From positions 5,795-69,794 of the forward strand of contig CAMXWF010000014.1 of the NCBI GenBank assembly GCA_947252645.1: DNA of 64,000 nt. The letters are read 5' to 3'. Of this stretch, positions 52,869-64,000 are shown piece by piece. The position numbers and the translations under genes were made by a program. The DNA comes from an uncultured Bacteroidia bacterium. Its GTDB lineage: Bacteria > Bacteroidota > Bacteroidia > Bacteroidales > CAJPTX01. Within the stretch, counting starts at the first letter, position 1, and the number at the start of each line of letters is the position of its first letter. The notes under the pieces were generated by a model. It ran no database searches. It was not told where the DNA came from and saw only the letters and a list, made by a program, of their open reading frames with translations.

Positions 52869-54092
52869 TCAGAAGAGCAGGAGCATGCCGTCGCCGTAGC
52901 TCAGGAATCGGTAGTTGGCTTGTAGCGCGTGCTGGTATAGCTGTTGCCATTTGTTTCCTATGCAGGAAGCAACCAGGAGTAGGAGGGTGCTTTTTGGCTG
53001 GTGGAAATTGGTGATGAGCCCTTGGGCCATTTTGGGTGTATAGGGCGGCGTGATGATGAGTTCAGTTTCTGCTTCGAGGATGGATGAGCTTTCATTGCGC
53101 ATGCGCTGTAGTAGGGCGTTGATGGCTTGCGAGCGATTCAGGTCGCAGTGTTCGGCAAATCCCTCCCATTGCGTGATGAGGGGCATTGTAGCGTTGGTTT
53201 GTTGGTGCTCGACTTGGCATCCGAGGCAATAGATGGATTCGAGGAGCCGTAGGGAGGTGGTGCCGACGGCGATGGTGGGGCCTTGGCAGTGGAGGAGACC
53301 TTCGAGGAGCGCTTTGGATATCACGATGCGCTCGCGATGCATGTGGTGGTCGGCCATGGTGTTGGCTTTGACGGGAAGGAAGGTGCCGGCGCCGACGTGG
53401 AGCGTGCAGTGGAGTAGCTGGTGCTTGTTTTGGATTCTACGCAACATGTCTTCTGACAGATGGAGTCCGGCGGTGGGAGCGGCCACGGAGCCATCGTGCT
53501 GCGCATAGATGGTTTGATACCAGCAGGTGTCTTCTTGCTTGGCCTCACGCTTGAGGTAGGGAGGTATGGGCATGGCGCCCCAACGTGTGAGTTCTTCGGA
53601 GAAGGGTAGTCCGCTGGTCCAAGAGAACTCCACCGGGGTGTTGAGGCCGAAGTGCCCTGGGAGTCGTAGCGCGGTAAAGGTGCCCTGGTGGTCGTTTGTG
53701 GGGTGCGCGGGGTCGCTTTTCCAGCGGTGTGCATGGCCGAGCAGGCATACCCAGGTGCATTTGGAGGTGTTTTGGAGCGAGGCCTGGTAGCTGCTTGGGC
53801 TGACGGGGTGGAGCAATAGGGCTTCGAAGCATCCGCCCGTGGCGCGCTGGAGGTGAAGTCGTGCGTGGACCACCTTGGTGTCGTTGAGTACCAGCGCGCT
53901 GTTCTCTGGGAGCAGGTCGGGGAGTTCGGCAAAGGTGTGGTCAGCCAGCTGGTTGTGTTGGAAGGAGAGCAGACGTGCTTTTTCTCGTGGTAAGACGGGC
54001 TGCTGCGCGATGCGGTTTTCGGGGAGCAGGTAGTCGAAATCGGCGATTTGGAGTGCTTGGGCCTGTGCTAGTTCGTCAGCTTTGGATGTCAT
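52869..54092 (-). CDS. queA: S-adenosylmethionine:tRNA ribosyltransferase-isomerase
   Basis: 'DFDYLLPENRIAQQP', 'IPPYLKRE' and 'YQTIYAQHDGSVAAPTAGLH' QueA signatures. Confidence 0.85.
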   Translation of the reverse strand: MTSKADELAQAQALQIADFDYLLPENRIAQQPVLPREKARLLSFQHNQLADHTFAELPDLLPENSALVLNDTKVVHARLHLQRATGGCFEALLLHPVSPSSYQASLQNTSKCTWVCLLGHAHRWKSDPAHPTNDHQGTFTALRLPGHFGLNTPVEFSWTSGLPFSEELTRWGAMPIPPYLKREAKQEDTCWYQTIYAQHDGSVAAPTAGLHLSEDMLRRIQNKHQLLHCTLHVGAGTFLPVKANTMADHHMHRERIVISKALLEGLLHCQGPTIAVGTTSLRLLESIYCLGCQVEHQQTNATMPLITQWEGFAEHCDLNRSQAINALLQRMRNESSSILEAETELIITPPYTPKMAQGLITNFHQPKSTLLLLVASCIGNKWQQLYQHALQANYRFLSYGDGMLLLF

Positions 54093-54262
54093 GCCTAGAG
54101 TACTTTTGAGGTCTGCAAGTTACGCGCTATTGCGCAGCGTGCGTTAGGAGAGGCGTGGGGGAGACCGTCGGAGAAACTCTACCTTTACGGTGTCCGATTG
54201 GGAGCAGAGGGGTATATCCTCGGTGGTGGTTTGGGCTGCCGGTCTGAGGTTGGGGGTAGTGG

Positions 54263-55648
54263 ATGGCGCAAGCGCGAGATTTTACCCGTGGCAGCGTACT
54301 GCCGAAGATAGTGTCGTTGGCCCTGCCCATCATGGGTACGGCCTTCATCCAGATGGCCTACAGTCTGGCCGACTACTTCTGGATAGGCCATGAGGGGTCG
54401 GGCGCGATGACGGCCGTGGGCGCGGCGGGGATTTATCTCTGGTTTGCCAATGCGCTTACGACCATCACTAAGACAGGGGCCGAGGTGACGATAGCGCAGG
54501 CGCTAGGGGTCAAGGACATGCACCTAGGCTACCGCTACGCGCGCCATGCCCTTACTTTGTCGTTAGTATTTGGTCTGGTGGTCGGTGCGCTGCTATTGGC
54601 GTTGCATAGGCCGCTCATAGGTTTTTACAGCATAAGGGCGCTGGAGACGGTGGGCCAGGGGGAGCGGTACCTGCGCATAGTAGCTCTTGGGGTGCCGTTT
54701 ACTTTTCTCAATGCCACCTATTTTGGTCTCTACAACGGCTTTGGCTATTCTCGTACGCCGTTCATTGCCAATTCAATAGGTTTATTGCTCAATGTGATCC
54801 TGGATCCGATACTGATTCGAGGTTACTTGGGTATTCCGCGTCTGGGTGTGGCTGGGGCAGCCTATGCCACGGTGCTAGCGCAGGGGGTGGTGCTTTTGAT
54901 CGTGGTGGTGGCTAATATGCGACCAGGGGCCCGTTTTCACCATTTGCTCCGAGGATTTCGTCCAGATGTTGGATTTATGCGTCGTTTGCTCGTTTTGGGC
55001 ATGCCGGTGGGGGTGCAGAATGCGTTGTTTTCGGTGATAGGGATGGTGATAGCACGGTTGGTGACGCGTTGGGGCGATATGGGCGTTGGGGTGCAGAGTA
55101 TAGGTGCGCAGATCGAGGCCATCACGTGGATGACCGCTGGGGGTTTTTCATCGGCCTTGGCCAGCTATACGGGTCAGAATTTTTCGGCTTGTCGGTTCAA
55201 GCGTATTCATCAGGGTTACGTGCGTACGCTGTTGCTCATGGGTGGCGTGTCGGTGCTGGCCTCGGTGCTGTTCATAGCGTGGGGGAAGCAGCTATTCAGC
55301 GTATTCATGCCCGAGCCGCAGGCCGCAGCCGAGGGCGGTCGCTACCTGCGGATAATGGGTTTTTCGCAGCTGTTCATGGTACTGGAGATTTTGGCGGTGG
55401 GTGTACTCAACGGGATGGGGCGGACGCTGCCGCCGGCGGTGGTGGGCGTGACGTTCAACGTGCTGCGTATTCCGCTGTCTCTCTGGTGGGGGAGCTATGC
55501 GCTACAGGGGATATGGTGGGCGATCACCGTTTCGAGCATCTGCAAGGGGTCGCTGCTTACGTTGTTACTTTTTCGCGCTGTGCGCCGTGTGCCTCGAGCG
55601 CTTCGGCGGGCATCTAGAGGCGTTGGTGGGTATAAAAAAAGTGGGTAA
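54263..55648 (+). CDS. MATE family efflux transporter
   Basis: 461 aa, 12 TM, N-terminus 'ILPKIVSLALPIMGTAFIQMAYSLADYFWIG' typical of MATE/NorM-like proteins. Confidence 0.85.
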   Translation: MAQARDFTRGSVLPKIVSLALPIMGTAFIQMAYSLADYFWIGHEGSGAMTAVGAAGIYLWFANALTTITKTGAEVTIAQALGVKDMHLGYRYARHALTLSLVFGLVVGALLLALHRPLIGFYSIRALETVGQGERYLRIVALGVPFTFLNATYFGLYNGFGYSRTPFIANSIGLLLNVILDPILIRGYLGIPRLGVAGAAYATVLAQGVVLLIVVVANMRPGARFHHLLRGFRPDVGFMRRLLVLGMPVGVQNALFSVIGMVIARLVTRWGDMGVGVQSIGAQIEAITWMTAGGFSSALASYTGQNFSACRFKRIHQGYVRTLLLMGGVSVLASVLFIAWGKQLFSVFMPEPQAAAEGGRYLRIMGFSQLFMVLEILAVGVLNGMGRTLPPAVVGVTFNVLRIPLSLWWGSYALQGIWWAITVSSICKGSLLTLLLFRAVRRVPRALRRASRGVGGYKKSG

Positions 55649-55935
55649 GCCCCCTATGTCGCACCGCTACAACCTTCTATCCTTGCTGCCTTCCGGCCCT
55701 GGGGAGGTTCAAAGGGAGCTGGTCGCATAGGACTTACCCACGCACAAAAGTACATATTTTCCGCCGAACGGCAAGCGTTGGGTAGGCTTTTGGAAAATTA
55801 TTGTGCATAGTAGGTGGACGTCAATAGATGGCTAAGTATAAGATAATAATACGTTTAAGTAGTTCAGTGTGGGAGGTTTTGCGCGCGATGCTTGGTTGGA
55901 GAAATTGCGCGCAGCTTGCAAATAGGGAAAATCTT

Positions 55936-55943
55936 TACCTTTG
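55936..55943 (+). promoter_or_regulatory. -7 box TACCTTTG upstream of the HU gene
   Basis: Exact TAnnTTTG match 48 nt upstream of ATG 55992, preceded by 'AATAGGGAAA'. Confidence 0.45.
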
Positions 55944-55991
55944 CCGCAGGTAATGCATGGCGGCAAGTATAGCCATAAACGACAACCTCAC

Positions 55992-56270
55992 ATGAATAAG
56001 ACAGAATTGACCACGCAGATTGCCGAGGAGGCAGGGGTGACGAAGGCCGATGCGAAGAAGATGATCGATGCCTTCATCACCGTGACCAAGAATGCCCTGC
56101 GGGCAGGAGAAGATGTGACCTTGATTGGCTTTGGCTCCTTCAAGGTGGCCGAGCGCAAGTCGCGTGTTGGCATGAACCCGCGTACGCATGAGAAGATACA
56201 GATTCCGGCGCGCCGGGTGCTGAAGTTCAAGCCGGGAGCAGAGCTCGAGAGTGCCGTGACCGGCGAGTAG
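55992..56270 (+). CDS. hup: HU family DNA-binding protein
   Basis: 'MNKTELTTQIAEEAGVTKADAKKMIDAF...GFGSFKVAERKSRVGMNPRT' is canonical HU. The upstream 17 codons of the ORF track were rejected. Confidence 0.9.
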   Translation: MNKTELTTQIAEEAGVTKADAKKMIDAFITVTKNALRAGEDVTLIGFGSFKVAERKSRVGMNPRTHEKIQIPARRVLKFKPGAELESAVTGE

Positions 56271-56290
56271 TTTTGTGCTTCCATGGTTGT

Positions 56291-56331
56291 AGGCTGCGTG
56301 GACGAGAAGCCGCGCGGCCTATTCTGTTTTT
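56291..56331 (+). terminator. Candidate intrinsic terminator after the HU gene
   Basis: AGGCTGCG...CGCGGCCT hairpin (one mismatch) followed by ATTCTGTTTTTAT. Confidence 0.35.
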
Positions 56332-56474
56332 ATGGTCTATGGAGTTTTGGGCGAGTCGCAAGGTGTAGGTGAGTGGGGTAGTGGTGGAGTTGATTCCCGC
56401 GGTGAGAGGGGGCAGCGCGCGAGGAGCATGGGGTGGTAATGGGTGATTTTGGCATGGGAATTGGGAAATATCGC

Positions 56475-56482
56475 TACCTTCG
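56475..56482 (+). promoter_or_regulatory. Near-consensus -7 box TACCTTCG upstream of rpsP
   Basis: One mismatch to TAnnTTTG, preceded by 'TTGGGAAAT'. Confidence 0.3.
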
Positions 56483-56538
56483 CGGGAGTAAAGCGGTTCG
56501 AGAAGCCGCATGAGGTAACAACCAAACAAGAGTAAGGA

Positions 56539-57141
56539 ATGTCAGTCAAGATTCGATTGAGCCGGCATGGTCGGAAGGATTTGCCATACTACCACATTGT
56601 GGTAGCCGACAGCCGTGCCCCACGGGATGGGCGATTCATCGAGCGGATAGGGAGCTACGATCCCCTGAAGATACCCGCCCAGATAGAGGTGGATAGCGCG
56701 CGGAGCATCTATTGGCTCAACCAGGGGGCCCAGCCCTCGAACACGGTGCGCCGCATATTGAGCTATAAGGGGGTGCTGCTGCGTCGGCATCTTCTGCGCG
56801 GCGTGGAGAAGGGGGCCTTCGACATGGAGGAGCTAGAGCGTCGTTTTGCTGCTTGGCAGAGCGATAAGGATGGAAAGATAGAGGCGCAGCGCAAGGAGTT
56901 GGCCGACAAGTTGCAGGCCAAGCGCACTAGTGCCCATGAGGCCGAAGAGCGCGTGAATTCGGCTCGGGCCGAGGCCTTGCAGAAGCGTCGGGCTGAGGCT
57001 GAGGCTGCCAAGGCTGCCGCTGAGGCCGAGGCTGCCGCCAAGATACAGGCTGCCCAGGCAGAGGCCGCGGGTGAGCAAGCTGAGTCGGCAGCAGCGCCAG
57101 CGGGCGATGCGCCAGCAGAGCCAGCCTCTCAGGCAGAGTAA
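56539..57141 (+). CDS. rpsP: 30S ribosomal protein S16 with an Ala/Glu-rich C-terminal extension
   Basis: 'MSVKIRLSRHGRKDLPYYHIVVADSRAPRDGRFIERIGSYDP'. Confidence 0.9.
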   Translation: MSVKIRLSRHGRKDLPYYHIVVADSRAPRDGRFIERIGSYDPLKIPAQIEVDSARSIYWLNQGAQPSNTVRRILSYKGVLLRRHLLRGVEKGAFDMEELERRFAAWQSDKDGKIEAQRKELADKLQAKRTSAHEAEERVNSARAEALQKRRAEAEAAKAAAEAEAAAKIQAAQAEAAGEQAESAAAPAGDAPAEPASQAE

Positions 57142-57171
57142 GCATCTGTACGCCTTGAGGCGCGAAACGCA

Positions 57172-57720
57172 ATGCGCTTTGGCCCAGAAGGAATAGAGTG
57201 TATACAGGTTGCCCGGCTGGGCAAGCCTGTGGGAGTAGATGGAGGGATTGCGCTGTGGTGGCGTGATCCCTTCTCTGCTTTTGAGGTGTCCCTAGGTGTG
57301 GGGGATTTTTTCTTTTTTCAACGCGATGGACTTCTGGTGCCGTACCGGATAGTGGAGCTGGCTTCGCGAAGCGAGGAGCTCTCCACGGTGCGTGTGCGAG
57401 GGGTGACGGATGTGGGAGGGGCCAGAGAGCTTTCGGGTATCAGCGTGTATGCTTTGGCTTCTCGCCTGGGAGAGGCGTCAGCAGATGTCGCCCAGGCAGT
57501 AGGCCTTGAGGGCTATACAGTGATAGACCAGACAGGCCGGTCTATTGGTACCATAGAGGAGGAGCTTGTATATTCGTTCAACGTGGTGCTGCGCGTATTG
57601 CAGCCAGTCGGGCGGGAGGTGCTGTTGCCGTTCCATTCCGACCTTTTGCTGGCCGGGGGCGTGGACGAGGCGCATAGACAGCTCCATCTGCGCGTGGCGT
57701 CTGAGCTGCTGGCGGTGTAG
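57172..57720 (+). CDS. rimM: Ribosome maturation factor RimM
   Basis: 182 aa directly downstream of rpsP, with a 'VARLGKPVGVDG' RimM N-terminal barrel and a PRC-barrel C-terminus. Confidence 0.8.
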   Translation: MRFGPEGIECIQVARLGKPVGVDGGIALWWRDPFSAFEVSLGVGDFFFFQRDGLLVPYRIVELASRSEELSTVRVRGVTDVGGARELSGISVYALASRLGEASADVAQAVGLEGYTVIDQTGRSIGTIEEELVYSFNVVLRVLQPVGREVLLPFHSDLLLAGGVDEAHRQLHLRVASELLAV

Positions 57721-58098
57721 GTTGCTTGTCTTGGGCGTTCAGGCTGGTACTCGTGGGGAGCTGAAACTGCGGGCTGCTGATCTACACGACTGTTGGGAGC
57801 GATTTTCTCTTTCTGTTGCAGGGGGTAGCTTCGATTTCCTGTAGTCATTCTGCGCTCTACTAGAGTGTTTGGCAGGGTATCGATCGGGGTGGTTTTTCGT
57901 GACTTCCCCCGCTGGGTCGTTCACACCTAAGGGGAGGCCAGCACGCCTTTTACAGCTTTTCGCCGCCGCGAGCGGATGTCTTGGCCTGCTGCGTCCGTTG
58001 CTTTTTGTGCGAAGTCACCTGCTGACCATTTGTCCGGAGGGAGCTCGTGGTTTTGCCTGGGAGGAGAGCGGTCCTCATTGGAGTAGATTTAAGGGTAG

Positions 58099-60150
<2,052 letters not shown>

Positions 60151-60213
60151 GGTGGGGCCTAGTGCGTAGGGATGTGGGGAGTATGTGCCCCAATGGCCAT
60201 GAAAGGGTAGACC

Positions 60214-61374
60214 ATGTTAGACTTCCAGTTCTATAATCCAGTGCGTGTGATTTTTGGTGCGTCTTCCCTAGAGGCACTCGACAGTTTGTTGCCAGGGCAG
60301 GCCACGGTGATGATCACCTATGGTGGGGGCAGCGTGCTCAAGAATGGTGTGCTCGACCAGGTGAAGTTGCACCTCAAGTCGCGTAAGGTGGTTCTTTTCG
60401 GGGGCATAACGGCCAACCCCAAGTATGAGCGGTTACTGGAGGCCTTGCCTCTGATAGCCGAGGAGGGGGTGGATTTTCTTTTGGCGGTAGGCGGTGGTTC
60501 GGTCATCGATGGTACGAAGTTTATAGTGGCTGCGCAGGCTTTTCCAGGGGTCGATAAGTGGGAGGTGGTGCGCCAGCATGGGGATTGCGCCTACGGGCCA
60601 GTTTTGCCATTCGGCACCGTGCTGACACTCTCCGCCACAGGCTCGGAGATGAATAGCGGGGCCGTGATTTCTCGCTCAGATACTAAGGAGAAGTTCTCCA
60701 TAGGGCATGATGCGCTGTTCCCGAAGTTTTCGATAGTCAATCCAGCTTTTACTCTTTCGCTGCCGCGTCGCCAACTGGCCAATGGGGTGGTGGATGCCTT
60801 CGTGCACGTCATGGAGCAGTATATGACCTACCCCTGCGAGGCCCCGCTCCAGGATAGGATGTCGGAGAGCGTGCTGCAGACGCTTCTGGAGATAGCCCCC
60901 AAGCTCATGGGGGGAAGTAAGGAGATAGAGCTACGCAACACGTTGGCCATGTGCGCGCTCTATGGCCTTAATGGCTCGTTGGCTATGGGAGTGCCTGAGG
61001 ATTGGAGTACGCATCGTTTGGGGCATGAGCTCACTGCGCTCTTTGGCCTCGACCATGGGCTTACTTTGGCTATCGTGTTGCCCGCGCTACTACGTGATCA
61101 GTTCGAAAACAAACGCGCCAAGCTGGCCCAATGCGCGCAGCGGGTGTTTGGGCTCAGCGCCCAAGATGAGTCGGCTCTAGCGACTGCGTGCATAGATAGT
61201 ATAGAGGCCTTTTTCCTGCAGATCTATGGAAAGCTGCACCTTGCCGACTATGGTATCACCTTGGAGCAGGCCAGTGAGGTGTGGCGCCGGTGGGCAGCGC
61301 GCGACTGGAAGCTTGGTGAGCATTGCACAGTCGATGCCCAGGCAGTGGAGCGCATCCTGACTATGGCCAGGTAG
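60214..61374 (+). CDS. Iron-containing (group III) alcohol dehydrogenase, YqhD/BdhA-like
   Basis: 'GGGSVIDGTKF' and metal-binding His motifs ('HRLGHELT'). 386 aa. Confidence 0.85.
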   Translation: MLDFQFYNPVRVIFGASSLEALDSLLPGQATVMITYGGGSVLKNGVLDQVKLHLKSRKVVLFGGITANPKYERLLEALPLIAEEGVDFLLAVGGGSVIDGTKFIVAAQAFPGVDKWEVVRQHGDCAYGPVLPFGTVLTLSATGSEMNSGAVISRSDTKEKFSIGHDALFPKFSIVNPAFTLSLPRRQLANGVVDAFVHVMEQYMTYPCEAPLQDRMSESVLQTLLEIAPKLMGGSKEIELRNTLAMCALYGLNGSLAMGVPEDWSTHRLGHELTALFGLDHGLTLAIVLPALLRDQFENKRAKLAQCAQRVFGLSAQDESALATACIDSIEAFFLQIYGKLHLADYGITLEQASEVWRRWAARDWKLGEHCTVDAQAVERILTMAR

Positions 61375-61470
61375 AGGCGTTTGCTTGGTTTTATACGGTT
61401 CTCCCGTTGGTGGGCCAATATCCCTTGTAGTGGCTGCGCCATGCCACTGGTAGTTTGATATTCAGGAGGT

Positions 61471-61505
61471 CAGGATGCGCTGTTTTACGGTGCATCCTGT
61501 TTTTT
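61471..61505 (+). terminator. Intrinsic terminator after the alcohol dehydrogenase gene
   Basis: CAGGATGC-(13 nt)-GCATCCTG followed by TTTTTT. Confidence 0.6.
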
Positions 61506-62031
61506 AGTCTGTCTGGGGCAGCTGGTCTGTGGATTGGCATCGTGCTTTGCCTATTCTTGTGGGGGTGTGGATCTCTGGAGCCAACTTGAGGGAGAGGCGA
61601 TTGTGTCGATGTGGATTTGGTTACATCCATTTTGGGCGTTGCACGCGGTCTTAGGCTCTTAGTGTCGTGGCTTTGGCCTCTCAGGTGATAGTCGCCTGGG
61701 CCATGCGAGCCCCGAGGTTCTACGCCTAGCCCAGACCTAGAGGGAAGCGTACTGCTTGGAGGGGAAGGTCGCCTTCTGCCAATTTTCTCTCACCATGAGG
61801 GGGGCTCTAGGTATCTAGGCGTGTTTTTCGCCTGTAGGTCTTGTAGTTGTTGGTATGCTTGTCTCTAGCAAGATGCTATTTGCTACACGTGCAGGATTCT
61901 GCCTGGCGTAATGCGTATTGATTGGTTACGGAGTGGCGCGGGGATTGTATGCCCAGTTTTGGAGATGCTGTCATGTGGCAGCATTTTTAGTGCTTTGGCC
62001 CCTCGATTCTCCGCAACCGCCAGAGCACAGG

Positions 62032-62400
62032 CTACTTGAAGGCAAAGAAGACGGCGCCTATCAGGCAGAGGAAAGCGGCGAGGTGGTTCCAACGTAGGGG
62101 CTCCCCGCGGAAGAATAGTATGGAGAAGAGCGTAAAGATGCTGATGGAGATGACTTCTTGGATGATTTTCAGCTGTACGAGCGTGAATTGGCCTCCGTGC
62201 CCTATGTAGCCGTAGCGATTGGCAGGCACCTGGAAGCTATATTCGGCAAGCGCTAGCCCCCAGCTCAGTAGTATGATGATGTAGAGCGGTGTGTTGTCGG
62301 TAAGCAATTTTACCTGCTGCAGTTTTACGTGTCCGTACCAGGCTAGAGTCATAAAGATGTTTGACACCACTAGCAGCAATATTGTATGTAGGCCCTTCAT
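62032..62400 (-). CDS. DMT-superfamily small membrane protein (DUF486)
   Basis: 'SNIFMTLAWYGHVKL' N-terminus typical of DUF486. 122 aa, 4 TM. Confidence 0.7.
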   Translation of the reverse strand: MKGLHTILLLVVSNIFMTLAWYGHVKLQQVKLLTDNTPLYIIILLSWGLALAEYSFQVPANRYGYIGHGGQFTLVQLKIIQEVISISIFTLFSILFFRGEPLRWNHLAAFLCLIGAVFFAFK

Positions 62401-62552
62401 TGCGTTTTAGGCTTGTTCGTATGGGGATAGGGTAGGCCTCTCCGTAGTCCCGTGTAGGGGGCAGCCGCCTGCTGTGCCTGTGCGTGCATCCATTTAGGGT
62501 GCTACTTACGGGCAAGAGATTGGTAAATATAGCGGGGAGGCGCAGTGTTGGT

Positions 62553-62591
62553 ATAAAAAGCCGGGGAGGAACTCTGTAAGGTCCTCCCCGG
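62553..62591 (-). terminator. Intrinsic terminator after the TPR gene
   Basis: CCGGGGAGGA-(11 nt)-TCCTCCCCGG, followed on the minus strand by CTTTTTATAC. Confidence 0.55.
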
Positions 62592-62615
62592 AAGTTTTTA
62601 GAATCCTATTCTTGG

Positions 62616-63920
62616 CTAGTTGTTGAGCGCATCGAGCTTATCCTTGATCCCTGGCTCCATGCGGAAACGTATGTAGAGCTGCTTGAGCAGGCTTTTCGCA
62701 TCGGCGTGTTCAGGCTGGATGGAGAGGATTTTCTCTAGGAAGGGGATAGCCTTGTGGAAGTGATCTTTCGATTTCTGCTCGAGGGCTTCAATCTTAGGGG
62801 CGTTCTCGGCGTTGTACTTGATTTCAAGCGAGGCATTGTTGGCGTTGACGCCTTCGTTGTAGTGTAGCACGGCGAGATTGTAGTAGGCATCGGTATTCTT
62901 GGGGTCGAGTTCGAGGGTTTTCATGTAGGCGGCTTCGGCCTCAGGGTTCTTTCCGAGCTTGTCGAGGATGACGCCTTTGATGAAGAACATGGCGGCGTTG
63001 TTGGGGTCGAGTGCTATGGCTTTGTCCACATAGGTCATAGCTTGGCTTGGGTCTTCGCCCTTGGTGATGTAGTAGTCGACTAGGGCGTTGACGAGACATT
63101 TTTGATTGGGGAACTTTGCCACCACGGCCTCTATTTTGCCCTTGGCTTTTTCCAGTTTGTTGGCGGCTTTGGCCATTTCGTAGAAGATGCAGTAGAGTTC
63201 CCCATCGAGGGTGAAGTTGGCATCGAGAGCTTGCTCAACCAGCGGTACAGCACCCTCGTGGTCGCCCGAGAGGTAAGTGGCCATGCCGGCGTAGTAGTAG
63301 AGCGCGGTGTCTTTTAGAGCTAGGTAGGGCGTCTTGCCCAGCTTTATAGCCTCGGTGAACTGATGGGCAGAGACCTTGTATTGCTCGAGCTTGTAGTTGT
63401 TGAGCGCTGCATTGACCAAGGCATTGCGTAGGGGCTGCATCTGCTTGGCTATCTTCTTCAGGTTTTTCTGCTCAGGATCGCGCGTCACGGCTTTATAGAT
63501 GGCCCCGATGGCACTGTCAAGTGCGTTGATCTTCAAGGGTTGCACGACCTTGTAGAACTCCAGCCGGTTTTCGCCCGAGAAGTAGAAGTCGGTCAGGCCC
63601 ATGTGGTAGACGGTGTAGGGTGCGTTCTTCTCAGTGACTTGCTCGGTGCTTTGGGGCTTCCCAGACAAGAAAGAGAAGGTGGTCTGGTCCATGCCGATGT
63701 AGGCGTTCATGAGGAAGGCGTTGTGGAGGTTTAGGTAGCCCTCCGCGCGGCTGAGCCAGGTAGAGTACTTTTCCGCCTTCTTGGGATTGGCGATACTCTT
63801 ATCGTTTTTTGCAATTTTCGCTTGGAGTTTGGCGATTTCAGTCTCGGAGGTTTGCGCAAAGACAGCCCCCGCACTGAGCAGTAGACTTAGCAACACCGCA
63901 ACGCCCGTAATACGCTTCAT
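62616..63920 (-). CDS. Secreted tetratricopeptide-repeat protein
   Basis: Signal peptide 'AVLLSLLLSAGAVFA/Q' and multiple TPR-like 34-aa repeats ('AYYNLAVLHYNEG', 'AMFFIKGVILDKLG'). Confidence 0.7.
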   Translation of the reverse strand: MKRITGVAVLLSLLLSAGAVFAQTSETEIAKLQAKIAKNDKSIANPKKAEKYSTWLSRAEGYLNLHNAFLMNAYIGMDQTTFSFLSGKPQSTEQVTEKNAPYTVYHMGLTDFYFSGENRLEFYKVVQPLKINALDSAIGAIYKAVTRDPEQKNLKKIAKQMQPLRNALVNAALNNYKLEQYKVSAHQFTEAIKLGKTPYLALKDTALYYYAGMATYLSGDHEGAVPLVEQALDANFTLDGELYCIFYEMAKAANKLEKAKGKIEAVVAKFPNQKCLVNALVDYYITKGEDPSQAMTYVDKAIALDPNNAAMFFIKGVILDKLGKNPEAEAAYMKTLELDPKNTDAYYNLAVLHYNEGVNANNASLEIKYNAENAPKIEALEQKSKDHFHKAIPFLEKILSIQPEHADAKSLLKQLYIRFRMEPGIKDKLDALNN

Positions 63921-64000
63921 AGTCAGATTGAGTTTAGAGAGTGCCGGGTTAGTCTTTGGAGGAGGCCACGGGTTGATCCTCGAGGGTCTCCCTGTCCGTT

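Noticed and set aside
55641-55741. Imperfect inverted repeat (GTGGGTAAGCCCCCTATG / CATAGGACTTACCCAC) spanning the MATE stop codon, considered as a terminator
   Set aside because: The arms are ~70 nt apart and interrupted, and no U-tract follows. That is insufficient for a terminator call.

Overview
This is a GC-rich chromosomal window (GC not computed) that looks Bacteroidota, probably Bacteroidales. The evidence is recurrent TAnnTTTG -7 promoter boxes, a T9SS type-B C-terminal sorting domain, TonB-receptor/lipoprotein pairs and a C-terminally extended S16. No tRNA, rRNA, CRISPR array, IS element, transposase or integrase was recognised. Three blocks are visible. (1) 5.1-28.5 kb holds a near-complete anaerobic cobalamin pathway. 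It comprises a 17-gene, ~19.6 kb minus-strand array (cbiK to cobC) with four fused biosynthetic genes and an embedded TonB-receptor/lipoprotein/ABC uptake module, plus a divergent cobQ-cobD-cbiB unit. (2) 32.2-45.4 kb is an accessory mosaic bounded and subdivided by three copies of the 3' end of pdxB. One copy belongs to the intact gene, one is a 418-bp 417/418-identical fragment, and one is an older decayed fragment. The mosaic contains an HsdR-less M+S restriction-modification pair whose methyltransferase has an N-terminal PD-(D/E)xK-like domain and whose S subunit has three target-recognition domains. It also contains a multiply frameshifted TonB-dependent receptor, two diverged copies of an uncharacterised lipoprotein + 4-TM His-containing membrane protein pair, and an orphan methyl-accepting chemotaxis protein. 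Homopolymer tracts (C9 and G9) sit in two promoter regions. (3) The flanks are housekeeping: uvrA-like, ribE, a POT transporter, a TM2(frameshifted)/DUF2752 pair, pdxB, rlmB, ABC-F, SPOR, queA, MATE, HU, rpsP, rimM, gyrB and Fe-ADH. All functional calls rest on motif recognition by eye in the supplied translations; no database search was run.
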